Of a stretch of 64,000 nt of DNA, positions 54,456-64,000 are shown piece after piece (position 1 is the first letter of the stretch; each line of letters begins with the position of its first letter). A program made the translations under genes and the position numbers. The notes beneath the pieces were generated by a model. The model had not been told where the DNA came from. It saw only the letters and a program-made list of their open reading frames with translations, and did no database searches. The DNA comes from Octopus bimaculoides (taxonomy: Eukaryota), in the NCBI RefSeq assembly GCF_001194135.2, contig NC_068983.1, positions 85,845,653-85,909,652 of the forward strand. Reading direction: 5' to 3'.

Positions 54456-56043
54456 GAATTTCAACCATGTTTCGTGGTCTGCTACCACAACAGCTCCTTT
54501 ATAGGATCCAGTTAGCTCAAGACATCATCAAGAGGAACCACGTCCGGTTTCGGCCCCTACTCCTCTACCGTTTTGACGTGGCGGGGCCCCTCCTTTCGGA
54601 GGTGTCTTCAGCTCTGGTGTTGGGTGCATGTCTTCTTTCACTGTTTGTGACTGTTCTAATTCAACTGTGGAATGTCCCTCGCTATGGTTATTTTCCAGGA
54701 GGTTCTGGCCACACGTCTTACGGTTCATCAACCCGTGTTGTTGAATTACTTTCTTCTGACATACCTTCCCTTGGTGGATTAGGATCCAGTTAGCTCAAGA
54801 CNNNNNNNNNNNNNNNNNNNNNNNNNNNNNNNNNNNNNNNNNNNNNNNNNNNNNNNNNNNNNNNNNNNNNNNNNNNNNNNNNNNNNNNNNNNNNNNNNNN
54901 NNNNNNNNNNNNNNNNNNNNNNNNNNNNNNNNNNNNNNNNNNNNNNNNNNNNNNNNNNNNNNNNNNNNNNNNNNNNNNNNNNNNNNNNNNNNNNNNNNNN
55001 NNNNNNNNNNNNNNNNNNNNNNNNNNNNNNNNNNNNNNNNNNNNNNNNNNNNNNNNNNNNNNNNNNNNNNNNNNNNNNNNNNNNNNNNNNNNNNNNNNNN
55101 NNNNNNNNNNNNNNNNNNNNNNNNNNNNNNNNNNNNNNNNNNNNNNNNNNNNNNNNNNNNNNNNNNNNNNNNNNNNNNNNNNNNNNNNNNNNNNNNNNNN
55201 NNNNNNNNNNNNNNNNNNNNNNNNNNNNNNNNNNNNNNNNNNNNNNNNNNNNNNNNNNNNNNNNNNNNNNNNNNNNNNNNNNNNNNNNNNNNNNNNNNNN
55301 NNNNNNNNNNNNNNNNNNNNNNNNNNNNNNNNNNNNNNNNNNNNNNNNNNNNNNNNNNNNNNNNNNNNNNNNNNNNNNNNNNNNNNNNNNNNNNNNNNNN
55401 NNNNNNNNNNNNNNNNNNNNNNNNNNNNNNNNNNNNNNNNNNNNNNNNNNNNNNNNNNNNNNNNNNNNNNNNNNNNNNNNNNNNNNNNNNNNNNNNNNNN
55501 NNNNNNNNNNNNNNNNNNNNNNNNNNNNNNNNNNNNNNNNNNNNNNNNNNNNNNNNNNNNNNNNNNNNNNNNNNNNNNNNNNNNNNNNNNNNNNNNNNNN
55601 NNNNNNNNNNNNNNNNNNNNNNNNNNNNNNNNNNNNNNNNNNNNNNNNNNNNNNNNNNNNNNNNNNNNNNNNNNNNNNNNNNNNNNNNNNNNNNNNNNNN
55701 NNNNNNNNNNNNNNNNNNNNNNNNNNNNNNNNNCGATTAGTTTTTCATATCTCTTCTTTCGTTTCTCTGCATTGTCGATGTTTTCTTCCCATGGTACTGT
55801 CAGTTCTAGCAAGATTCCTATTCTCTGTTCTGGGTTCCATATGACTAAGTCTGGTCTTTTTGTTGTCTTTATAAGTGGAAAAATTGCTAGACTTCCCAAA
55901 TCCGTGGCCAGCTCCCAGTATCCCTTCCCTCTTTCGTCATATTTTATTTGGAGGCCTGATCTTATGTCCTTTTCCCTCCTTCTGGAAGTATATTTTCCTG
56001 CGCTTTTCCACTTTGGGGTACTCTCCTCTGTTGTATCCTTGAA
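54456..56043 (-). mobile_element. 5'-truncated HERO-like non-LTR retrotransposon (restriction-like endonuclease) inserted in the Helitron; gap at 54802-55733
   Basis: WELATDLGSLAIFPLIKTTKRPDLVIWNPEQRIGILLELTVPWEENIDNAEKRKKRYEKL carries the PD-(D/E)xK RLE signature (RPD..ELTVPWEE..RK..Y) of HERO-type elements. The Helitron frame stops at TLLYQEV and resumes at YTW. Confidence 0.85.
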
Positions 56044-58437
56044 GGACCTCTTGGTACAAAAGAGTAGAAGCAAATGGATCTGTGCTATAGAGCTCAAAAA
56101 AAGCAGTCAATATTGTCGAACCTGGAGCTTCAAGTTGCTGCTGGAGACATTGTGGATTGTTAAGATTAAAGTAGACTCACTGGCCATTCTCTAGATGTAC
56201 AACTAGATGGATAATAGTTGGAGGCCATTCATGCAGCAGAAAGTTAAATTCTCTCCAAGCTGCTTCATTGCTGCTAATGTAGTGTGCCATCTGGTAGAAT
56301 GTCACCTCATCATTCTTGTTTACCTCCTGAAGACCAAAAACAATCATGTCTGACCCCTTGTTTACATACTTGCACACTACTTGATGGATTTCACAGTTAC
56401 AAAAACTTAACATTGATGTGTGCTTTGAAGATCTTTCACAGAAGGGGACAATATGGCACAATCCACCTATTGTCAAATTCAATTTCTTGGATTGCACTTG
56501 CGTTGATAGTGTCTTTATGCCTGCCTTGGCCTGGCTTGCTACGCCTGTATCTTGGATATCCATCGTGACCAGTCTCTGACTCGGTAATGAATTGCTTAGG
56601 GTAGCCTTTATTGCACTTTCCATCAACCATGCAAGGAGAGTTCCTGTTGAGAGGGCTGTATGGACCATGCACCATCTGAGTCTTGATGACTTCAAAGAAT
56701 TTGTGATCCTCAGTTGTGTCAGGAAGCTCGGCACTAATGATGGAATCAGTTTGATTTGGATGAATTTTGTCTTTAAGCCAGATTAGCATGTGGGCATGCG
56801 ACAGGCCTCATTTCTGCCATTCAATTATGTAGATGTGGCAAATAGTTTTACTAAAGATGCGATGTTTGGTAACGAGTGCTACCATCTTCAATAGCTTTCG
56901 CTGAAACACACATGCTAAAAGGTTGTGCCTATGGTGAGAACATTATCCTGGTAGAAGCAGGGTCTTGATTTCATCCCACTGACGGTTGCAAGTGAAGGCC
57001 ACAAAGAGATCAGATTGCCCATGTGTCCTGACAAATGTCATTGCATCCTGCATTCTCTCGAGCATATACTGAGGGCCTCCTGTGAATGTAGATGGCAGAC
57101 TGACCAGCTATACCATGTTGCTGACATCACAATCAGCCGCAATGGCATCATGTAGCTTTTTCTGGTTTTGTCAAATGAAGAGAAGGTGCTTGCTCTGAAC
57201 TTTTACATGCACATCAACCAGGAATTGATGGAAGAGGTCATGGCACTGCAGAAGCTGGCTTGGATGGGCAGGGTGGATCATCAGCATGTAAGCATAAAAG
57301 TCATTGGCTGAGACCTTGTTAGTGGGTAGTTTTGTGGTGGGATTGACTTGTGAAATGTTAAAATGACATCCATCTTGCCCTTGCCAGAAGATTAGTGGGT
57401 ACTGCAGAGCATCGTATGACCAATAAGCTTCTGATATGCAGGTCAGCATGGAATCTTGCAGGTGAATGATGATATTTCGGCGATCGTGTTGTTCACCGAC
57501 CAGGAGAATGGCCACTTTATTTGTAGCTGGTGCATTGAAACAACATCCATACTCATCTACTGGTCTCTTATCTGACCTGATTACTACATGAAAGTCATCA
57601 TTTGGGTGTGACTGTTCCATTGCTGTCTTAAAGCTTCTTACCAGATCATTATGGTTGTGGAGCATTTCTTGCAAAGATATCACAATGTTCCTGCCAAGAG
57701 TTTGAAAGTTTTGACATCATCTGTCACATTGCCACTGTGAATCTCCCATGAAGTAAATCTGAAGGAACTTGGTAGGCTCATTAGGCTGGGGCATGAGGGA
57801 GCCCATAAACTTCTCCGAGCACTTTAAAAGTAGGCATAAATCCAGGCTCCACAAGTTCCTTACTTGCTCCAAATGAGGTCATTTGGAAGGCTGAGTTGTA
57901 CTGTCGGATGTTGTCTAGAAATCCTCTTGAATTGAGCATATTACCTTCAAATAGATCTTTGATAGGCTGTGGAGGAGGTTGAAGCAAGTGCAGCCTCACT
58001 TTGCCATTGGTACAGCACACACCAGAAGTCTCAGCTAGAAATATCCTTGCACCACAGAGGTCCCAAACCAATACTACTGAATCATTGTTGTAGCATTTTG
58101 AAGGATCATAGGAGAAAGCAGCACGTGGCTGAGAAAAACTGGAAGATTGTGGAGGTCTACGGCCAGCTGCATGTATGGCCCTGTCTTGGGCAAGCCTCTC
58201 AGCATGATGATCTGCAGACTCCATTTGCTGAGCAGTTGCCACCCTTGCTTGGTTTTGTGCTAGCCTCTTAGCTTGATGCTCTGAGGATTCCATTTGCTGA
58301 GCAGTTGCCATCCTTGTTTAAGTTTTGTAACATCCTCTGATTTTGTTTTTCCTCAGACTCACTAAGGCATGCAGCTGCCTTGTGCTTTGCACCAGAGGTC
58401 TTCTGTGACAGCCCAGCACTTTTCTTGGGTGGCATTC
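56044..58437 (-). pseudogene. Helitron RepHel, 5' part (N-terminal repeats, Zn-finger region, Rep domain), frameshifted
   Basis: MPPKKSAGLSQK start, ~25-aa repeats ATAQQMES..RLAQ, NIRQYNSAFQMTSFGA, YDALQYPLIFWQG, HUH motif IEWQK*GLSHAHMLIWL, MVHGP..CMVDGKC.KGYPK, WIVPYCPLL and VVHLENGQ. Confidence 0.92.
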
Positions 58438-58631
58438 TGTAATGAAATGGAAAATATGATGTTACAGCTACTATTGGATGTACTGACCTTACTAAACCTT
58501 ATTCAATTGTGCTACAGCTCCTCTCGCTTACATAAGTCAAGTTGTTCCAAGAATATCCGAAATCTATACTAATAAAATTCCTGGCCGTATGTATGTGTGT
58601 GTGTGTGTGTGTGTGCATGTATGCATATGTC

Positions 58632-58849
58632 TCCCTCTCCTGACCAAACCAATGGAATAATTCTCTACCAGTAACAGGCATGTCAAATGTGGATTAAAAT
58701 GTGAAGATTTAGATGGAAAGATGGAGAGTGCCGACTTGGCCTGGTGTGTGTAATGTTAGCTTGGCTCATGTAGGGTGCATGACATCGCCTCTAACCCTTT
58801 CCAATGTTACTGGTAGAGAAATATTTCACTGGTTTGGTCAGGAGAGGGA
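58632..58849. repeat. Inverted repeat, 45-bp arms (42/45 match), 128-bp spacer
   Basis: Arms at 58632-58676 and 58805-58849. Confidence 0.8.
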
Positions 58850-59040
58850 TACATAATGTACATGTACAAGCTTTAGACCTTTATAGAGGGTGAGTAATAG
58901 GAGAGTTAAGGGAGATGCACAAGAGAAAGGGAGGTTGGAAGGGTAGGGGAGAGGTTTCTCAACTCCTCTTCCCCTTTACCCAGTGGGATAATTGAGAAGG
59001 GTATAGAAGCCCCACCCCTGCTGGCTAGTATGTAATGCTA

Positions 59041-59377
59041 GTTATCAGCATACAATATTTTTTAATCTCTACCCAATATAATATATATATAATTACTCAT
59101 ATCTGATTCAAAATAGAAATATCCAGTGTTAATAAGTTGAGTTGCTCCAAGAATACTAAAAATAGATAATGTAAGTTATCAGCATATAATATTTTTCAAT
59201 CCATATCCAAGTATAATACTCACATCAGATTTAAATGTGAAATATCAAGTGTTATTAAGGCGAGTTGTTCCAAAAATATTCGAAATATGTACTGGAAGTT
59301 TATCAAGATATAATATTTTCTAATCCTTATCCAAGTAGAAATAGTTACATCAGATTTAAATATGAAATATCAAGTGT
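59041..59377. repeat. Degenerate tandem repeat, about 2.6 copies of a 123-134 bp unit
   Basis: Units start gttatcagca at 59041 and 59175 and gtttatcaag at 59298. Shared catcagatttaaat..gaaatatcaagtgt. Confidence 0.8.
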
Positions 59378-60039
59378 ACTCTAGCTAATATTATTAGGTC
59401 CATTCCACGAACAATTATTTGAATAGCTCATGTCATGGGAATATTGAACTTTAAAATTTATAAAGTTTATTGTATAAATTGAAAGATCCTAAAGTGTATA
59501 TTGCTTAAAGGACCGAATGAATGAATGACTTATATCAATGTAATAAGAGTTTTCACTGGGCGTGCATCCATGTGAAGACCTTTCGTTATTTAAAGACCTT
59601 ACTGTTTCTTTTCCTTCTGAAAATTTCATAAGTTGTGTGTAACACTGAATTTTAAGTTTTACATTATAGTAATTCCAGTTATTTGTGGAGGCCCCATGCT
59701 ACCGCAGGGTTGCAGGGGCTCAGTGCAATCCTGGTTCAGTGACAGATCGATCAAGTTAGTAACGTGTTTGGTAACAACATCTCTCTTCTAATTAAATATT
59801 GAAAAAGAGAAAATGCCACCTTCTCTTTTGGAAGAGAAATTAATTTTGGCAGTAAGGACTAAACCACTTGTTTCATTATCACAATTAAAAAGCTTTTATC
59901 TTTATTTTTGAAAAAAAGAGGTGGAATCGTAGACGTATGAGGGAAAATTATTTAATATCATGTTTGCTTCTCTCAGAATCATTTACCTTTAAAGCAAAAA
60001 AACAAAACCGATGTGTATGACAAGCATGTAAAACATTTC

Positions 60040-60605
60040 TGCTTACTCTTTTTGTTCATTTGCATAAGCTGTAGAAATTAGTGTGCGTGAGCACACACAA
60101 ACACAGAAAATTTCCAGACATTTAGCTGTTATTTTTAGCAGTTCATTCTCAGTTTTAGACAAGGGGATGGGATAGCGAGGGGTGTGTGGAGCAATTTTGG
60201 AATACATCACAGAAAATTTGAAATTAAAAATTCTCTTTTTCCATGTTCTTAACCTTTGTATTTTTCCATGTAGATTGAAAAACAAATTTGAAAAAAGAAA
60301 AAAATTTTTAATTTGTGGGGAGGGGGGAATTNNNNNNNNNNNNNNNNNNNNNNNNNNNNNNNNNNNNNNNNNNNNNNNNNNNNNNNNNNNNNNNNNNNNN
60401 NNNNNNNNNNNNNNNNNNNNNNNNNNNNNNNNNNNNNNNNNNNNNNNNNNNNNNNNNNNNNNNNNNNNNNNNNNNNNNNNNNNNNNNNNNNNNNNNNNNN
60501 NNNNNNAAACCTTCATGCCAGATTTGGTACAGATTGATCCAGCAGTTTGGCTTTGCATAGAGGACACACATACACACAGTGAATTTTATATATATATATA
60601 GATAT
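60040..60605 (+). mobile_element. Possible non-autonomous Helitron/Helentron (HINE-like) remnant spanning a gap
   Basis: End motif ccagatttggtacagattgatccagcagtttgg...acacacatacacacagtgaattttatatatatatagat resembles recalled HINE 3' ends. Not verified. Confidence 0.35.
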
Positions 60606-60611
60606 ATATAA

Positions 60612-60960
60612 GGAGTGGCTGGGTGGTAAGAAGCTTGCTTCCCAACCACATGGTTCCAGATTCAGTCCCATTGCGTGTCTTCTACTATAGCCTTGTGAGT
60701 GGATTTGGTAGACGGAAACTGAAAGAAGCCCATCATATATATATATATATGTATATATTTGTGTGTGTGTGTCTGTCCTCCCTCCTTCGCTTGACAACTG
60801 ATGTTGGTGTGTTTATGTCTCCGTAACTTAGCGGTTCAGCAAAAGGGCCAACCAAATAAGCACTAGGCTTACAAAGTCCAGGGGTTGATTTGTTTGACTA
60901 AAGGCAGTGTTCCAGCATGGCCAGTCAAATGAGTGAAACAAGTAAAAGAATAAAAGAATA
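60612..60960 (+). mobile_element. OR-type tRNA SINE, near full length, with internal (TA)/(TG) tract and 3' module
   Basis: Head ggagtggctgggtggtaagaagcttgcttcccaaccacatggttccagattcagtccc has A/B-box-like motifs. The 3' module recurs inverted at 13000-13185. Confidence 0.75.
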
Positions 60961-60974
60961 TATATATATATATA

Positions 60975-63230
60975 CAATGCACCCCCGCTTATTCGTGGTT
61001 TGGCATTCGCAGAACTAATAATTGTTTGCGGAAACCACCGCATATTCACAGAATCGTAAATACCGTCTGTGATTTTTTATGGCACCTTTTGTTGCAATAC
61101 ATACTCATTCACACTTTTTAAGGCTAAACTATTAATGATAATATATTGAATTTGCCGGTTTACTGGACCTTCGCAGCTGAAGGTCCCTCTGATTAGAATA
61201 GCTGTGCGTCATATTGCTTGATTTTTTTTAGATACAAGTACACTGTATCTTGTACCTATTATTCCTGCTTTCAATCAAAGCTTGCTAATCAGTATAGCGA
61301 CTACCAGCGCATTTTAAAAAAATCATGGCTACATTTGATCATACATAATGTTCATTTCAACAGGATAATCTTTAAGGTTGTGAGCCAAGATAGCCGCATT
61401 GAAATTAAGTTACTTGCTGGTCCTTCTCTCTCTTTTGTAGGTTTTTTTGGGGGGGGAAAAACTGTGCTCAGTAGCTATCTCCAGTATTTTGTTGAGTGTT
61501 GTGTTTTTCACGGTGTGTTATTAAAGCTCTAAGATGCTGCCCAAATGCCCTACACCTTCTAAGGCTTCTGGCAGTGAACCTAAGCGCCAGAAAAAAGTTA
61601 TGAAGCTCCATGAGATGGCACAAGTTCTGGAAAGGTAAAAGTTAGGCTGCAGTAGGTCGCTATTATGTTGTCAATGAAAGCACCATACACTGCATAAAGA
61701 AGAACGAGATGGCGATCAGGATAACTGCAGCAGTAAGTTTCTGTGAAAGTACCAAAAAGATAATGATAATGAGAAATAAGCACTTCGTCAGGATAGAATC
61801 TGCCTTGGCATTGTGGATCAGTGACTGCAAGAAGAAAAACATCCCCTTGAGCAGTAACATTATCCGCAAGAAAGCACGGAAATTATACCAGCAGTTTGAC
61901 AGAGGAGACGGAGCAGAAGGCAATGAAGAACTGCAACTAAGACCATCGATAGCATCAGAGCCCAAAGATTTGATCGTTTCTGGAAACGGTTTACAATAAA
62001 GTGTATTTCCCTGCATGGAGAGATAGCATCAGCCAACAAAAAAGCCGCTGAGAAGTACCGTGAGACCTTCAGGCAGATCATCGAGGACAAGGGATACAAA
62101 CTGGAACAGGTTTTCAGTATAAATGAGACTGACTTATTCTGGAAGAAGACGCTTTCCAGAACATACATCATGAAGGATGAAGCCAGAGCCCCAGTATTTA
62201 AAGCAAAGAAGGACAGAGTGACGCTAATTACATGTGGCAATGCTGCTGGCTTCATAATGAAATCAGGACTTATTTATTTACAAGTTTGCAAACCCAAGGG
62301 CCTTCAAAAATAAGAATAAATTCTGCTGCCTGTTCACTGGATGCACAACCCCAAGGCTTGGATTACCAAAAGTCTAACTTTGAATTGGTTCCACCAATGC
62401 TGCATCCCTCAAATCAAGGAATACCTCCAAAATGCTTGCATGGAATTCAAGGTGTTGCTTGTTATGCATAATGCTGGTGGTTACTCTTTGGATTTGAATC
62501 ACAAGGGAACTCAAGTCGAGTTCTTCCCTGCTAACACCACCTCCCTCGTCCAGCCTACGGATCAAGGCGTGATCTGTGCCTTCAAGGCACTTTACACTTA
62601 GAACTCTCTCCAACACCTTGTGGATGCAATGGATTCAGATGAGAATTTCAAGTTAAAGGAGTGCTGGCGTAACTTCATGATCGCAACGTGCCTGTCAGTC
62701 ATCCATGCTGCTCTTAAAGACATTAAAAAAGAAACCATCATCGCATGCTGGAAGAAGGTGTGACCAGAATGTGTCCAGGACTACGAGGGCTTCTCACCTG
62801 AAGATATTCAGCACAAGGCTGTCAACAATGTGATGAAACTGGCAAAGGTACTTGGTGGTAAAGGTTTTGACGACATCACACAAGATGAAGTCGACGACCT
62901 CATCGATGCCCAATCTGAAACCCTGACAGATGAAGATTTGTTGGAGTTAACAAAGACTGTCAGCAAAGAGGTGGCGGAAGTGCCAGATCCAGAGAAAGAG
63001 GAGGATGAGGACAGCAAAGGAATTGCAAAGGATGGCGGAAGCATAGGATCCCTATATGGTTCGGTCTCTCCAATTTAAAAATGTCATCGATGCTGCCATA
63101 CAGACATATAAAACTCTCATCAACACCATGAAGAAACAACGACAGCAACTTCTCATCACAATGTTCCTTAAGCTCACCAAGAAAGCCTTGCAGGAAGATA
63201 CGACATCCCCTAAAACACCTGAAGAGCTTT
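60975..63230 (+). mobile_element. Tigger (pogo-family) transposon, inactivated; right TIR not found
   Basis: Left end TA|caatgcacccccgcttattcgtgg. Transposase from about 61534: MLPKCPTPSKASGSEPKRQKKVMKLHE, RNKHFVRIESALALWISDCKKKNIPL, NETDLFWKK, HWMHNPKAWIT, MHNAGG (catalytic D to H) and FFPANTTSLVQPTDQGVI. Several frameshifts. Confidence 0.9.
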
Positions 63231-63491
63231 AAATCTTCTTTGCTGTGCAGTCATTACCTTCATTATTTTCATCATCGTCGTCTTAAATCAATATCATTCA
63301 TTATTTGTGAGTAACCATACATTTTACTTCAATTTTTATTAAATTAATAATAATTTAATAAAAATTGAAGTAAAATATACAGTTACTCACCAATAATGAA
63401 TGAAGACGACGATGATGAAAACAATGAAGGTAATGACTGGACAGCAAAGAAGATTTAAAGTTCTTCAGGTGACACCTCTTCAGGTGTTTTA
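63211..63491. repeat. Long near-perfect palindrome (arms about 136 and 141 bp, 4-nt loop)
   Basis: ...ttacttcaatttttattaaatta|ataa|taatttaataaaaattgaagtaa... Outer ends aaaacacctgaagag and ctcttcaggtgtttt. Confidence 0.85.
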
Positions 63492-63600
63492 TTAAATATT
63501 ATATATATCTATATATATATATAATGGATAATAAAACGAATGGTTTACACCTGGTAGCTTATTGGTAAAGCAGTCACTTTCAGAGTGATCTTTAGATATA

Positions 63601-63977
63601 TAGCAAATGAAAGACAGAAGATGGAATATACGAGAATTTATTATTAATCATGACAATTGTTTCAACACATCTAGCATCGATTCCTCTTGGGTGGGACACT
63701 CAACAACTGGTTCAGGAGCATCTGGTGGTGCAGATGTATCTCGTCGAGTGACAAATAAATACAACTCGTTAAAATGACTGTTCTGCAATGTAACTTTCTG
63801 TTTTGTAGAGAGAAAAACAGCCAGACGGAGGAAATATCTTCATTTATATAGAAGATCAAAAATAAAGACCAGTTGTTGAGTGTCCTACCCAAGAGGAATT
63901 GATGCTAGATGTGTCAAAACAATTGTCGTGATTAATAATAAATTCTAGTATATTCCATCTTCTGTCTTTCATTTGCT
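63601..63977. mobile_element. Inverted-repeat element (about 110-bp arms, 156-bp spacer) between (TA)n tracts; MITE or Penelope pLTR pair
   Basis: Arms at 63601-63711 and 63868-63977. Confidence 0.75.
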
Positions 63978-64000
63978 TATATATATATATATATATATAT

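Noticed and set aside
54790-56097. 435-aa ORF in the track
   Set aside because: About 310 residues are translated N gap. Only the HERO RLE fragment is real, and its first residues are out-of-frame Helitron sequence.
59041-59377. Repeat array considered as CRISPR
   Set aside because: Whole units are homologous with no unique spacers, the context is eukaryotic, and there are no cas genes.
60612-60680. tRNA-like A/B boxes
   Set aside because: No cloverleaf, and the sequence continues into a SINE body repeated many times in the window. These are SINE heads, not tRNA genes.

Overview
AT-rich, microsatellite- and transposon-dense eukaryotic DNA with many small N gaps. The SINE and RTE-LINE repeats look like those of octopus or other coleoid cephalopods (inferred from recalled repeat motifs, not from a search). 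One host gene is supported: the last three coding exons of histone acetyltransferase 1 (HAT1) on the minus strand (48682-48833, 44385-44501, 15502-15831). Their splice phases are compatible (1->0, 0->0, 0->stop), and the final intron is about 28.5 kb. I found no upstream HAT1 exons, so they lie beyond 64000 or in a gap. The rest is intronic or 3' flanking repeat: a decayed Helitron interrupted by a HERO-type RLE retrotransposon, Tigger, mariner and maT(DD37D) elements, piggyBac and hAT elements and MITEs, Tx1/L1, RTE and Penelope-like remnants, and several SINE families. Most ORFs in the supplied track are spurious. I found no CRISPR array, rRNA gene or bona fide tRNA gene. The best leads are: (1) a 62-aa Ser/Lys/His-rich C-terminal extension on HAT1; (2) a hammerhead-like or double-pseudoknot RNA inside a 278-nt direct-repeat unit at the HERO 3' end; (3) a SINE whose 3' tail resembles the Tx1 LINE 3' end. 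All three are hypotheses and need the checks listed.
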